A DNA stretch of 64,000 nucleotides from the NCBI GenBank assembly GCA_951406725.2, contig OX597830.1, positions 19,592,001 to 19,656,000 on the forward strand, in the 5' to 3' direction. This DNA is from Octopus vulgaris. Its lineage: Eukaryota. The first letter of the stretch is position 1, and each line of letters opens with the position of its first letter. Under the pieces are notes generated by a model. The model worked only from the letters and a program-made list of their open reading frames with translations, was not told the origin of the DNA and did not search any database. Positions 25,195 through 38,228 of this stretch are shown here, piece after piece. The translations under genes were made by a program, and so were the position numbers.

Positions 25195-26421
25195 CCTTAT
25201 TTCTTTATTGCCCACAAGGGGACAAACAAGACAGACAAAGGGATTAAGTCGATTACATCGACTCCAGTGCATAACTGGTACTTAACTTATCAACCCCGAA
25301 AGGATGAAAGGCAAAGTCAACCTTGCTGGAGTTTGAACTCAGAATGTAACGGCAGACAAAATACCTATTTCTTTACTACCCACAAGGGGCTAAACACAGA
25401 GAGAACAAACAAGGACAGACAAATGGATTAAGTCGATTATAACTGGTACTTAATATATCGACCCCAAAAGGATGAAAGGCAAAGTTGACCTCGGTGGAAT
25501 TTGAACTCAGAACATAACAGCAGACAAAATACCTATTTCTTTACTACCCACAAGGGGCTAAACACAGAGAGAACAAACAAGGACAGACAAATGGATTAAG
25601 TCGATTATAACTGGTACTTAATATATCGACCCCGAAAGGATGAAAGGCAAAGTTGACCTTGGTGGAATTTGAACTCAGAATGTAACGGCAGACAAAATAC
25701 CTATTTCTTTACTACCCACAAGGGGCTAAACACAGAGAGAACAAACAAGGACAGACAAATGGATTAAGTCGATTATAACTGGTACTTAATATATCGACCC
25801 CAAAAGGATGAAAGGCAAAGTTGACCTCGGTGGAATTTGAACTCAGAACGTAACAGCAGACAAAATACCTATTTCTTTACTACCCACAAGGGGCTAAACA
25901 CAGAGAGAACAAACAAGGACAGACAAATGGATTAAGTCGATTATAACTGGTACTTAATATATCGACCCCAAAAGGATGAAAGGCAAAGTTGACCTCGGTG
26001 GAATTTGAACTCAGAACGTAACAGCAGACAAAATACCTATTTCTTTACTACCCACAAGGGGCTAAACACAGAGAGAACAAACAAGGACAGACAAATGGAT
26101 TAAGTCGATTATAACTGGTACTTAATATATCGACCCCAAAAGGATGAAAGGCAAAGTTGACCTCGGTGAAATTTGAACTCAGAATGTAACAGCAGACAAA
26201 ATACCTATTTCTTTACTACCTACAAGGGGCTAAACACAGAGAGAACAAACAAGGACAGACAAATGGATTAAGTCGATTATAACTGGTACTTAATATATCG
26301 ACCCCCAAAAGGATGAAAGGCAAAGTTGACCTCGGTGGAATTTGAACTCAGAACATAGCAGCAGACGAAAAACCGCTAAGCATTTCGCCCGGCGTGCTAA
26401 CGTTTCTGCCAGCTCGCCGCC
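25195..26421 (-). repeat. SINE B-derived tandem array, 168-bp period
   Basis: cctatttctttactacc at 25364, 25532, 25700, 25868, 26036, 26204; single head at ~26370-26421. Confidence 0.93.
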
Positions 26422-28790
26422 TATACATTTCAGTTTCTGTCTACCTGATCCACTCACAAATCTTTGTTCGGCCCAAGACTTTTGTGGAAGACATTTGCTC
26501 TAGGTGCCATGCAGTGCGACTGAACCCAGAACCATGTGGTTGGGAAAGCAAGCTTATTACCACACAGCCATGCCTGTGTGTATAACAAATGGATATATGT
26601 GTATTAGTTGGTGTGTGTTAATTATATACAGTAATAATGTTACTGGTGTCTAATATTTAACACAGTATTAACATGCATTAAAACATAATTACTCCTGTGG
26701 ATAAAATGCTAGTTTATCACAGGTAGGGATTATTGCTTGGCTCCCTTTATGAAAGGCATTCAAGCCATAACCACCCTGTCTTTTTGTGGATCTAGTACAG
26801 CATTGCTCAATGTATCTTTATGTTTTTAAGATGGTAGGGTCTGATTTGTGGGAAAGATTTTTGGCTGCTATTTCTAGTGGTAGAGAATCCCTTTGCATGC
26901 AATAATAAGCTTTCATTGTCAACAGACAGACATTTCTTTTTCCTACCTTATAACACTGATCACAATGCTGTTGTTAAATTCCATCACTAAACTTCAAAAG
27001 GAATCTTATAGTGTTTCTTAATGGTCATTTAATCTCTTTGAAAATACTATCAAAATTTCCTTAAAAAACCACACCCTACTTTCATAAAATCGAAATAGTG
27101 GGATGAAGGTTAGAGTAGGTTGTGTGATCCTGGATGGATAATCAGACAGGATGGTCAGAGTTGAAATGCCTCTGATCAGTCATTGACTTAGATTTAAACC
27201 ACAACAACAACTGCTTCTGACCTCTTTTCTGTTGGGAAAATCTCCATTTGTCATAGTTACGAATCCTGAGAACATATCACATGTTATATATATATATATA
27301 TATTTCTACTCTCCCCTCACCTCATTACCACCAACTCCTACCTTAGCCATGAATGGTGGTAGTGGAGGTGGTGGTGGTGGTGGTGGTGGTGGAATGTATT
27401 GGTGATTGTGTGAAATAGCTTGTATGTTGCTAAGGTGAAGGACTGAGACACAGATAAATTATCTTGAATACCTAAAGACACAGATTATGACTCCAAGTTA
27501 AGATGACAGGTTACACAATCATATTAAGGGCATGAGAGATCCACCACACTAGTGGGTCCCAATTGGGGTCCATATAAGATTTTATTGTTAATGTTTACGT
27601 GCAATAAATTACTTACACACCTACAATTTTCTTTTACTTGTTTCAGTCATTTGACTTTGGCCATGCTGGAGCACTGAAAACATTTCTGACAGTTTGTTTT
27701 TATGCAGTTCCTAATATTATTCAGTTATAAAACTATAATGGGATTTTTTAAAACATTGAGGCCCAGTAGAGTAAAATAGCTATGAGGCCCCTGTCGAGTA
27801 AAATAAAAATCAAAGGGGCCCATAGGCTAAAAATGGTTGAGAATCACAGTCACCTGATTAGCTAGAAATAGCAACTAAACCTTCAAATTACAGTCTTAAA
27901 AAATGGAAGAAAATGTATAATCTAGTTCATTTCTTAAGATAATAATAAATAAATAAAATAAAATAGAAATAAATAAAAGTAAAACTTTAAAAATAGAGAG
28001 GTACTTTATTATTTTCTTATCTTTTAACAAAGAAGGAAGGTAGGGTCCTTGACCTGTTACAGAGACTCTCAGACTAGAGGCGGGGAAGGAGGGAGGGACT
28101 AAAGTATCCTTAAACTAAAAGCCTGGCTGGAATGCTTGTATCAGAGTGAACTCTATTTAAGAAGCCCATGGTGCTAGGTGTGGAGGCAGGTGGCTTAGTG
28201 GTTAGAGTGTTGGACTCATGATCGTAAGATTGTGGTTTCGATTCCTGGACGGGGTGGTGCATTGTGTTCTTGAGCAAAACACTTTATTTCATGTTGCTCC
28301 AGTCCACTCAGCTGGGAAAAATGAGTGACCAGTGATGGACTGGCTTCCTGTCCAGCAAAGAATATATATATGCCAAAGAAACCAGGAAACCGGCCTCATG
28401 CTCCTTATAGAGTAATGTAGACTAACCAAGGTGCCAGGTGATGGCATTTAAACTGGTTACCAGGGTAAGTCTACCACTCATATAAACCATGGTGAAATTT
28501 GAACTCAAAACAACAAAAAACCGAGGAAAATACTACAAGGCATCCAGTCTTAGATTCTTACAGTTCTGCAGCCAGACCACTTCCTAAGATTGGTATGTTT
28601 GTTTGCCCAGCTGTCTGTCGGTTATGATGATGAGTGTTCCGGTTTATGCTCTGTCTGATTATCTAATGACTGCTAATTAGCTGTGTAAACCATAGCAGGA
28701 TTTGAACTCTGAATGCAAAGAACCAGAGCCAATACCATAAAGTGTCCAGCTGAACAGTTTTTTTAATGTTTTTGCAGCTTTAACAACAGA

Positions 28791-28795
28791 ATATA

Positions 28796-28852
<57 letters not shown>

Positions 28853-29155
28853 GTATATGTATGTATATGTATATGTATATATATTTATATATATATATGT
28901 ATATATATATGTATATATATGTATATATATATGTATATATATGTATATATATATGTATATATATGTATATATGTATATGTATATATATATATGTATATAT
29001 ATATGTATATGTATATATATATGTATATATATATGTATATATATGTATATATATATGTATATATATGTATATATGTATATGTATATATATATATGTATAT
29101 ATATGTATATATGTATATGTATATATATATGTATATATATGTATATATATATGTA

Positions 29156-29186
<31 letters not shown>

Positions 29187-29348
29187 ATATATGTATATAT
29201 ATGTATATATATGTATATATGTATGTATATATGTATATATATGTATATATATGTATATATATGTATATATATGTATATATATGTATATATGTGTATATAT
29301 GTATATATGTATATATGTATATATATATATGTATATATATGTATATAT
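28791..29348. repeat. Long (TA)n/(TATG) microsatellite
   Basis: Read directly; source of the spurious YI-rich ORFs. Confidence 0.97.
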
Positions 29349-29793
29349 GATTTCGATTTCGCTTGCCCCAACATGTCTTCACAAGCAAAGGGGGTTGGCA
29401 TGGGTGCCTGTCGTACGGTCGGATTGGAGTATTTTACGTGCCACCGGCACGGAAGCCACGGCCACGAGTCGGATAGTGCTTTTTACGTACTGCCAGACCA
29501 GGGATCCTGGCTGGTTCAATTCGGTTTCGATTTCGATTTCGCTTGCCCCAACATGTCTTCGCAAGCAGGGGGGTTGGCATGGGTGTCTGTCGTCGGATGA
29601 GGTTCTATATCGACTTCGCTTGCCTCAACAGGTCTTTGTGTCCAAGGGAGGAAAGACATTCATAAGTGGGCTGGGCTCACTTGTCCTGCCTGGTCTTCTC
29701 ACGTACAGAATATTTCCAAAGGTCTCGGTCGCTGGTCATTTCCTCAGTGAGGCCTAAAGTTCGAAGGTCGTGCTTCACCACCTCGTCCCAGGT
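29349..29793 (-). mobile_element. RTE-like LINE 3' fragment (same family as 58495-59277)
   Basis: [38 protein letters not shown] followed by 3' UTR. Confidence 0.75.
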
Positions 29794-32157
29794 TATATAT
29801 ATATATAGGGAGAGTTTACGAAAAATACAAAAAACATGGACAACATGCAGTGTTTGTATGTATGTGTTGTCTATAAATATACAAACATTGTTGTATGCAT
29901 ATGGCCAACACATACTTGTTGTCCATACATGAACATACCTAGACAACACTTGTATCCTCATGTATGCAAGGTAAGACATGCATACATCAACAACACATAG
30001 ACTTCCACAAAAATCTTGCCCGACCCTGTATCTCTTTGTGCAGGTACAGATTTAATTTTGACCAATATAGTCCCTAACACTCAACATACACTTATTCTAT
30101 CAACCTTGGAAAGACGAAAGGCAAAGCTAATCTCATCATGATTTGAACCGTGAGTGCAAAAGGCCATAAAACTAAATACAACTTGCAAGGCAATTTGTCT
30201 GTTGCTCCACCAATTCTGCTTAACCAAGTAGTTTGTTCACAAGTGGTTCACTTATCGTTCCTTTCTTACCCGCATGTATTTTAATCTCTGATTTCTTTTG
30301 AGGACATGTTCCCGTTATCAGTGCTGGGTCAGTGTATGTATGTGAAGGATCGATGATAATGATTCAGTTATTGATGTGTGTGTTCTTAATTTTATAGCTG
30401 TCTTACACGTTACACCATACACAACCTACTTGAAGATAAATTGTTGATTTGCTTCTTGTTGTTGCTGTTGTTATGGAGGTTTAAAAATCCTTCTGTAGAT
30501 AAGACCATTGAATTTAGATAGCTATATCAAGAGTAGAAGGAGAGGATATCTTTCCTTTATTAAATATTTACGTTTGGCCTTTATTTTTTTTTTTTGTTTC
30601 CCAACGTTTCATTCACATACATAAAATCAGACAAACAAACTGACACACACACACACACACACACACACTTTATGCATGTGTCTGTGTGTTATACTCTTTT
30701 ACTTGTTTCAGTCATTTGACTGTGGCCATGCTGGAGCGCCACCTTTAGTCGAGCAAATCAACCCCTGGACTTATTCTTCTTTGTAAGCCTAGTACTTATT
30801 CTATTGGTCCCTTTACCGAACCGCTAAGATACGGGGACATAAACACACCAGCATCGGTGGGGAAGAGGGGACAAACACAAAAACATAAACATATACACAC
30901 ACACACATATATATATATACATATATATGATGGGCTTCTTTCAGTTTCCGTCTACCAAATCCACTCACAAGTAGAAGGAATACAGAGAAACACACACACA
31001 ATATATATATATATATATATGGAGGCGCGTGGCTTAGTGGTTAGGGTGTCAGCATCATTATCGTAAGATTGTGATTTCGATTCCTGGACTGGGCAACGTG
31101 TTGTGTTATTGAGCAAAATGCTTCATTTCATGTTGATGTCAGCTCCTCTGGCCCCTGTGCCAGTGGCACGTAAAATACACCCACTACACTCTCGGAGTGG
31201 TTGGCGTTAAGAAGAGAATCCAGCTGTAGAAACACTGCCAGATCAGACTGGAGCCTGGTGCAGCCTCCTGGCTTCCCAGACCCAAGTCGAACTGTCCATC
31301 CCATGTCAGCATGGAAAATGGACGTTAAACAATGATGATGATGATGATGACGATGACGACAGACAGACATTTAACGTCTAACCGTTTAGCATTTACATTA
31401 CTCTGTCAGTTGCAGGGTTTATTTCTTATTAATCATGCATTATCTTGTAGCTTCGAGGCTTCAATGGTGGAATTGTTTATTTTTAGAATGGCATTGCAGG
31501 GTAAGTGTGAGCAGCCTGATCTAGTTAGACTGGACATAAAACAGGTAGCATATTCTGGCCGGATATGGCCAATTTGAATGCTAAATATGCCAAGAAAACG
31601 ATGTGGTTAAGAAGTTTAGCTTCAATCTCATGGCACAGCAATCTTGCCAAGTGTCTTTTACTGTAGTGCCATATTAACTAATTCATTATGATCGGTGTTT
31701 TGTAACAGTGAAGGCACGTGGCTTAGTGGTTAGGGTGTTTGGCTTATGATTCTGTGGTCGTGAGTTCTATTCCTGGCAGCGTGATGCGTTCTTGAGCAAG
31801 ACATTTAATTTCATGTTGCTCCAGTCCACTCAGCTGGCAAAAATGGACCCAGCCTTGTCACGTTCTGTGTCATGTTGAATCTCCTTGAGAAACTACGTTA
31901 AGGGTATGCATGTCTGTGGAGTACTCAGCCACTTGCATGTTAATTTCATGAGTAGGCTGTTCTGGTGATTGGATCAACTGGAATACTCGTAACCAACAGA
32001 GTGCTAGTTATTTATTATATGTATATGCATGTATATATGTGTCTGTGTGTGTGTTTGCATATGTGTCTGCGTGTGCATGTGTGTGTGTATATGACCACGT
32101 GTGTATCGGTGATTTTCTTTCTTCGTCTTCCCTTCCTTGGACCTTTCCTTTTTCTAT

Positions 32158-32192
32158 GTTTCTGACAAAGAGCTCTGCTTGAAACATTAAAT
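32158..32192 (+). ncRNA. CpG-decayed minimal hammerhead-like motif
   Basis: GTTT-CTGACAA-A-GAGC-tct-GCTT-GAAA-CAT-T-AAAT; reverting three CpG transitions gives CUGACGA...GCUC-GAAA-CGU-U. Confidence 0.5.
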
Positions 32193-32288
32193 CCTCCTTC
32201 TTTCTTTCCTTTCTTCAGTGTTCAATAACACTATACTTGTTCCACATCCTTGCATCGTTGTTTTCTCTTTGTTCATGTTTGGATTAAC

Positions 32289-32332
<44 letters not shown>

Positions 32333-32571
32333 CATGTGTGTCCTTATGTTTACTAGGGTATTTAAAAAAATGGTGGTATGTCCAGAAAGAAAACCAAGTG
32401 ATTCAATAAAATACAGATTGATTGTAGAGCAAACTGAAATAACTCTGAGGTCAGTGGCTAATCAACTAAAACATTCAGAGGCAGTGTGCCAGCATGGCCA
32501 CAGTCCAATGTCGGAAGCCAATCAAAGAGTAAAACAATATAAAGGTATGTGTGCATCTGTGTATGTGTATG

Positions 32572-32616
<45 letters not shown>

Positions 32617-32652
32617 TTGTGTGTGTGTATATATATATATATGATGATATGA

Positions 32653-33289
32653 CGTTTTGCTGAGATTTTTCTTGAGAACACATTCTTCGTGGTAATGGTG
32701 ATTTGACGTCTATGTTTAGCATATTAGGTGTCCACTTTAGTGGTCATTCCTCTTAATTTTGTATGTAACACAATTTTTGATCTTTGGATTTTTAAAAAAA
32801 ATATGCTAAGCCACTGGTTTTAATGGATTAATATCAATTTCTACCCTTATTATTTAATTTTAAATTTAAAAAATGTTCTCTAACCAGTAAATTGGCTGCT
32901 GAAATTTATTAATTGCAGAGTAATTTCCGACCTCAGCATGCCAAAGTGTAGACATTTGAAAAATACCCCCAAATATAAAATGTAGAACTTTATACATGCT
33001 TGATTTCGGTTGAGCATTCTGTATTTAGTTCTGGAAATTGTATTTTGTAAACGACAGACTATGCTAACGATCTTGCAGATATCTGCATGTTTGCATATGT
33101 AGATATTAACAAGTGAAACCAACGGTATGTAGGTAATCATTTTTTATTTCGTATATATTTTCATTTGTCTTGCTCATTTTTACATTTTGGCGTTTTGCTG
33201 AGATTTTTCTTGAGAACACATTCTTCATGGTAATGGCAATTATGCTTAGCATATTAGGTTTCCACTTTAGTGGTCATTCCTCTTAATTT

Positions 33290-33292
<3 letters not shown>
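32653..33292 (+). mobile_element. 538-bp-period element with ~105-bp terminal direct repeat and internal hammerhead-like motif (retrozyme or Penelope pLTR-like)
   Basis: cgttttgctgagatttttcttgagaacacattc...cctcttaattttgt at 32653 and 33191; (TA)n flanks; motif at 33059-33132. Confidence 0.6.
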
Positions 33293-33331
<39 letters not shown>

Positions 33332-33696
33332 TAAATGAAATAAAACATATGCATATATATAAACATATATGTACGTACCTACCTCTACATGTACATATAC
33401 ACGCATATATGAGTACAGGACACCAAAGGGATGTCGAACACAATGAGAAACGCAAACATAGACACAAACCAAAGGAACTGGACATTTTTTTAAAAACAAC
33501 AAAAAAATAAATAGAGTACAGGACAATTAACACAAAGAAAAAACTCCTTCTTCAGTCGCTATGGTTTCATCTACTCTATGTTTTGAAGGATAAAAGCAAG
33601 ACGTATCTTCGACAAGAAACTTTCCTTCCTGCGAAAAGCAAATCAATTAAAATTATATATGTAGAAGGTTGAAAAGGAACACACAAGTTGATATTT

Positions 33697-34118
33697 ATAA
33701 GGAAAACAAGTCAAGGTAGAACATGCGAAGATAATTTTATCATAAAAACATTTTAGTACCGGTTTCAGTCATTGAGACTTTTTCAACTCTAAGTATGGAA
33801 AAAAGTTTGGAAAAATCAAATGAAAAGTTTTTTAAAAGAATATCTGCATAGTATTCAAATACAAGGAGCATTTTCCTTGTTTCTGCCTGTCTCTGTCTCT
33901 AAGAGTAAACAAGAGAGACAGAGACAAACAGAAACAAGGAAAATGCCCCTTGTATTTGAATACTATGCAGATATTCATTTAAAAAACTTTTCATTTAATT
34001 TTTCCAAAATTTAATTGTTTTCCATACTTACAGTTGAAAAAGTCTCAATGATTGAAACCGGTACTAAAATGTTTTTTATGATAAAATCATTTTTGCATTT
34101 TCTACCTTGACTTTTTTT

Positions 34119-34125
<7 letters not shown>
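33697..34125. repeat. ~430-bp palindrome (inverted Penelope-like termini)
   Basis: Arms ~33697-33900 and ~33912-34125 are reverse complements with a ~11-nt loop. Confidence 0.9.
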
Positions 34126-34161
<36 letters not shown>

Positions 34162-35075
34162 TCTTATCTTTTATGTTTTACTTGTTTCAAGCATTAGACT
34201 GTGGAAAGAAGTCTGTCATATATATCTGGCTGTGCCCCAGCATAGCCACAGCCTTAGAGTTCAAATCTTAATGTGACACCTTGCACTAGAGTTTTGTCTT
34301 GTCCTTAGTAAAACTACCCACATATATTGGTTTGTTCAGCAAACACTTTATATATTGTACTGGGTGCATTTTATTGTGGACCAACACTAGTGAGTTTGCC
34401 TCGTCTCTTACAAGACTAATGAGTCCTCTCCACTTTACACATTTATTCAAAGTAGATGAGACTGAGAGGGTGAAAAGAGGAGTGTGGTGAGTAAAGAGGT
34501 AAAAGAAAAGAGTAAGTATGGTGGGAAAAACAGATTAAGAGCCAGATGGTGGTGAGGGAGGAAGTAATGGAAAAGAGACAGTGTTAGCAGCTACACATGG
34601 ATTGTTGGTAAGGAGATTGAATAGAATAACAGTTTTAGTAGTATGATGGCATAGCAATAAAAGTAGGTGATGTTTAGAAAGAACAAGTGATGGACAACAG
34701 TAGAGATGGGCTGTAGTAAGTGTGATGCAAGAGTGACTGTTAGCGGTAGAGAACAGTGTTTGAAGGAGAGTGGGTTTCATTATACAAGGTGTTGAGAGTG
34801 ATAAAGGAGTGGTGGAAGATAGTGGGTGATAGTGAAGGGAATGAAATATGGATTGAATAGATTGAATGTCATCTTTTGTTACACTGGTGGCATAGTATGG
34901 CAAATATGTGAGAAGGTAATGAAAGGGGTTGTTGAAGTGGCTTGACAGGACTGTAATCTGCAAGAAACCCATTTGTGTTAATGCACATCCCCACATCCAT
35001 TTAACAAATATCTTGCCATGCTTTACCACACCTGTGAGTTACACACATATATATATATGCGTGTGTGTATATGCA

Positions 35076-35120
<45 letters not shown>

Positions 35121-35131
35121 TTAATTAAATA

Positions 35132-35204
35132 GGTTCTGTAGTGTAGTGGTTATCACGCTCGCTTCACACGTGAGCGGCCCTGGGTTCGATCCCCAGTGGA
35201 ACCA
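35132..35204 (+). tRNA. tRNA-Val (anticodon CAC), intronic; three G-U pairs, possibly decaying
   Basis: GGTTCTG/TGGAACC acceptor, CTCGC-TT CAC AC-GTGAG arm, GGTTCGATCCC, T-run at ~35214-35219. Confidence 0.85.
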
Positions 35205-35221
35205 GTGGTTTACTTTTTTAT

Positions 35222-35515
35222 AGGCGCAAGAGTGGCTGTGTGGTAAGTACCTTGCTTACCAACCACATGGTTCCGGGTTCAGTACCACTGCATGGCAACT
35301 TGGGCAAGTGTCTTTTACTATAGCCTCGGGCTGACCAAAGCCTTGTGAGTGGATTTGGTAGACAGAAACTAAAAGAAGCCCGTCCTATATATGTGTGCTT
35401 ATATGTTTGTATGTTTGTTTGTCCCCCCAACATCGCTTGACAACCAATGGTGGTGTGTTTACGTCCCTATAATTTAGCAGTTTGGCAAAAGAGACTGACA
35501 GAATAAGTACTAGGC
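35222..35515 (+). mobile_element. SINE family A (3' truncated)
   Basis: Head starts immediately after the tRNA-Val terminator. Confidence 0.8.
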
Positions 35516-35527
35516 ATCCATTATTTG

Positions 35528-35565
<38 letters not shown>

Positions 35566-36220
35566 TTCATTAAATATTTCGTTTTTGGATTTGGTTTGCA
35601 AGATTCTTTATATGAGTTTGTGTGGTGAAGCATATTCTGTTGTGTCTGGGGAGAGTCATTTTCTTTTTGTGCCTTATTATGTAACACACTTACCAGTAAA
35701 ATTTCCACTTATTTCTTATTTTTATTTCATTAAATACATACTCACGTTTACACACGTCTCTGTATGTGTATCTGTCTGTCTCTATGTATGTATATGTGTG
35801 TGTTTGTGTGTGTGTGTAAAGACATATGGTACACTGGCTATGCATATTAAGACAAGGGAGTAGACTGTCCCCTCACATGCAGAAAACTTATCCCCATTAA
35901 TAAAATCATTCAAAGAAAAAAGAAAAATAAACAACACACAAAATACAAATATTTTAGGCATTTTAGTCTATTTTTACCTTATAAGAAGGTCAGACTAGAA
36001 GCATAGATGCAGCCATGCATGCTCCTGGATTTCATTGTAGATATACATTTGAACTACTGTATATCATCATTATTTAATATTATTTAATATCCACTTTTCC
36101 ATGCTTACATGAGTCACATGGAATTTGCTGAGGCAGATTTTCCTGCTGGTCTTAACCCATTAGCACCCATGGTCCTCTTTTTAGGACCAGAAGGATAATC
36201 CATCAGATTTTTGTAACAAT

Positions 36221-36408
36221 CTTTTACTCTTTTACTTGCTTCAGTCATTTGATTGTGGCCATGCTGGAGCACCGCCTTTAGTCGAGCAAATCGACCCCAG
36301 GACTTATTCTTTGGAAGCCTAGTACTTATTCTATTGGTCTCTTTTGCTATGGGGACATAAGCACACCAGCATTGGTTGTCAAGTGATGTTGGGGTGACAC
36401 AGATACAC

Positions 36409-36455
<47 letters not shown>

Positions 36456-36588
36456 ATACATATACACACACACATGCGCACATATATATATATATATATA
36501 TACATACATATATACAATGGGCTTCTTTTAGTTTCTGTCTACCAAATCCACTCACAAGGTTTTGGTCAGCCAGAGGCTATAGTAGAAC
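36221..36588 (-). mobile_element. SINE family A (5' truncated)
   Basis: Similarity to other copies. Confidence 0.8.
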
Positions 36589-36621
36589 AACAAGGAGTGG
36601 ATCTTGTGGTAGATCATTCAT

Positions 36622-36842
36622 ATACAAGGGGGTGCTGAAAAATTCCTGGCTTTAAGGGTATTGCAAAAGGCCCAGTGAAGGCCCAACATTCTGAGTTCTT
36701 TTACAGGGCTTACAAAAACTGAAGGACTGCTGCAATAAGCATGTGAATCTGAGAGGGGAATATGTTGAATAAAATTGTAATTAATAGATCCTTCTGTATT
36801 TTCTTCTACACAAAGTCTGGAACTTTTCAACACTCTCTTGTA
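36622..36842. mobile_element. Mariner-type MITE; second, inverted copy at ~38229-38447
   Basis: ta-caagggggtgctgaaaaattcctggctt ... aagtctggaacttttcaacactctcttg-ta (imperfect TIR, TA flanks). Confidence 0.65.
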
Positions 36843-36976
36843 TATATGTGTGTGTGTATTTGTGTGTGTATACATTTTTATATATGTGTGTATGTATATA
36901 ATATAACAATATAATATAATCTTGTATATACTTTGCACCTCATTATAACTATAACTTTACTCTCCCTTTTTCTCAG

Positions 36977-37157
36977 GGGCTCTGCAATTGCCAAAATTGT
37001 TGGTGAGACATGCAAACAGAAGTCAGACAAGTTCCAATCTGCGGTCAGCATGTATGTGTACGAGGAGATGATTGGTGGAAAGAAGCTGACCGAGATTATC
37101 AACACACAGCATGAAAACGTCAAGTACCTGCCAGGTTATAAACTTCCAACCAATGTG
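36977..37157 (+). CDS. GPD1: GPD1 exon 2 (GSAIAKIVG...[22 protein letters not shown])
   Basis: ctttttctcag acceptor, gtcagt donor, HENVKYLPG motif, 181 nt. Confidence 0.96.
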
Positions 37158-37696
37158 GTCAGTATCTTCGATTAACAAAATTTAATCAAATCAAAATTAA
37201 TATTAAGACCTCTCCCTAATGTTTACTTCCTCCTAGCCACATGCGTTTACCCTTTAGCGTTTAAGCTGGACATATCCAGCCTAAATATTCTGCCTGTTTT
37301 ATGTTCAAACTGGCCATATCTGGCCTCTTGCACCTACCCTACAATGTCATTCTGAAAGATAAACAATCACATCGTTGAAATCTCAGCTACAAGATAATGC
37401 ATGAATAATTTAAAACTGAATAAATAAGCATTACGTTTGACTTTAGGGAGCTTGCTTCCTAGCTATATGGTTTCGGGTTCAGTCCCACTGCGTGGCACTT
37501 TGGGTAGGTGTCCTCCGCTATAGCCCCGAGCCGACCGAAGCTTTGTGATTGAATTCGGCAGGCGGAAGTTACTGCCGTGTGTGTATATGTGCGTGTAGGT
37601 GCTTGTGCCTCTCCGAAAGACAGAGAGAGAAAGAGAGAGAGTAATCTGAATGCTAAAGGGTTAAAATCTAAATATACGAAATCAAAATCACATTCG

Positions 37697-38228
37697 ATGA
37701 CTGGCATCCATATTAGCGGGGTGCAAATAGCACCATACTAGCGTGATCGTTGACAGAGCAGCTAACTGGCTTCTGTGGCGCATAAAAGGCACCATTCTAG
37801 TGTGATCGTTACTAGCGTCGCCTTACTGGCACTTGTGCCCGTGCTAGTAGGGTGCCAAAAGCACCATCCGAGCATGATCGTTGCCAGAGCAGCCAACTGG
37901 CTTCCGTGCCGGTGGCATGTAAAAGGGCACCGTTCGAGCATGATCATTACCAACGTCGCCTTACTGGCACCTGTGCTGGTGGTATTTGTAAAAAGATTCG
38001 AGTGAAGTCATTGCCAGTACCGCCTGACTGGCCCCCGTGCTGGTGGCACGTAAAAAGCACCCACTACACTCTCAGAGTGGTTGGCGTTAGGAAGGGCATC
38101 CAGCTGTAGAAACTCTGCCAAATCAAGATTGGAGCCTGGTGCAGCCATCTGGTTCACCAGCCCTCAGTCAAAATCGTCCAACCCATGCTAGCATGGAAAG
38201 AGGACGTTAAACGATGATGATGATGATG
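37697..38228 (+). mobile_element. LINE-type 3' UTR repeat with internal ~60-bp tandem units and (GAT)n tail
   Basis: aaaagcaccat..agcgtgatcgtt units, then cactacactc..ggttggcgttaggaagggcatccagc..gttaaacgatgatg; related copies ~31140-31340 and 53708-54110. Confidence 0.7.

Noticed and set aside
25364-26370. Regularly spaced repeats resembling a CRISPR array
   Set aside because: Whole 168-bp units are repeated with no unique spacers, they derive from a SINE, and the DNA is eukaryotic with no cas genes.
28763-29757. Long YI/IY-rich ORFs (up to 298 aa), and similar ORFs at 5226-5699, 45664-46057 and 59646-60215
   Set aside because: Stop-free frames through (TA)n, (CTA)n or (CACT)n microsatellites, with no protein-like content.
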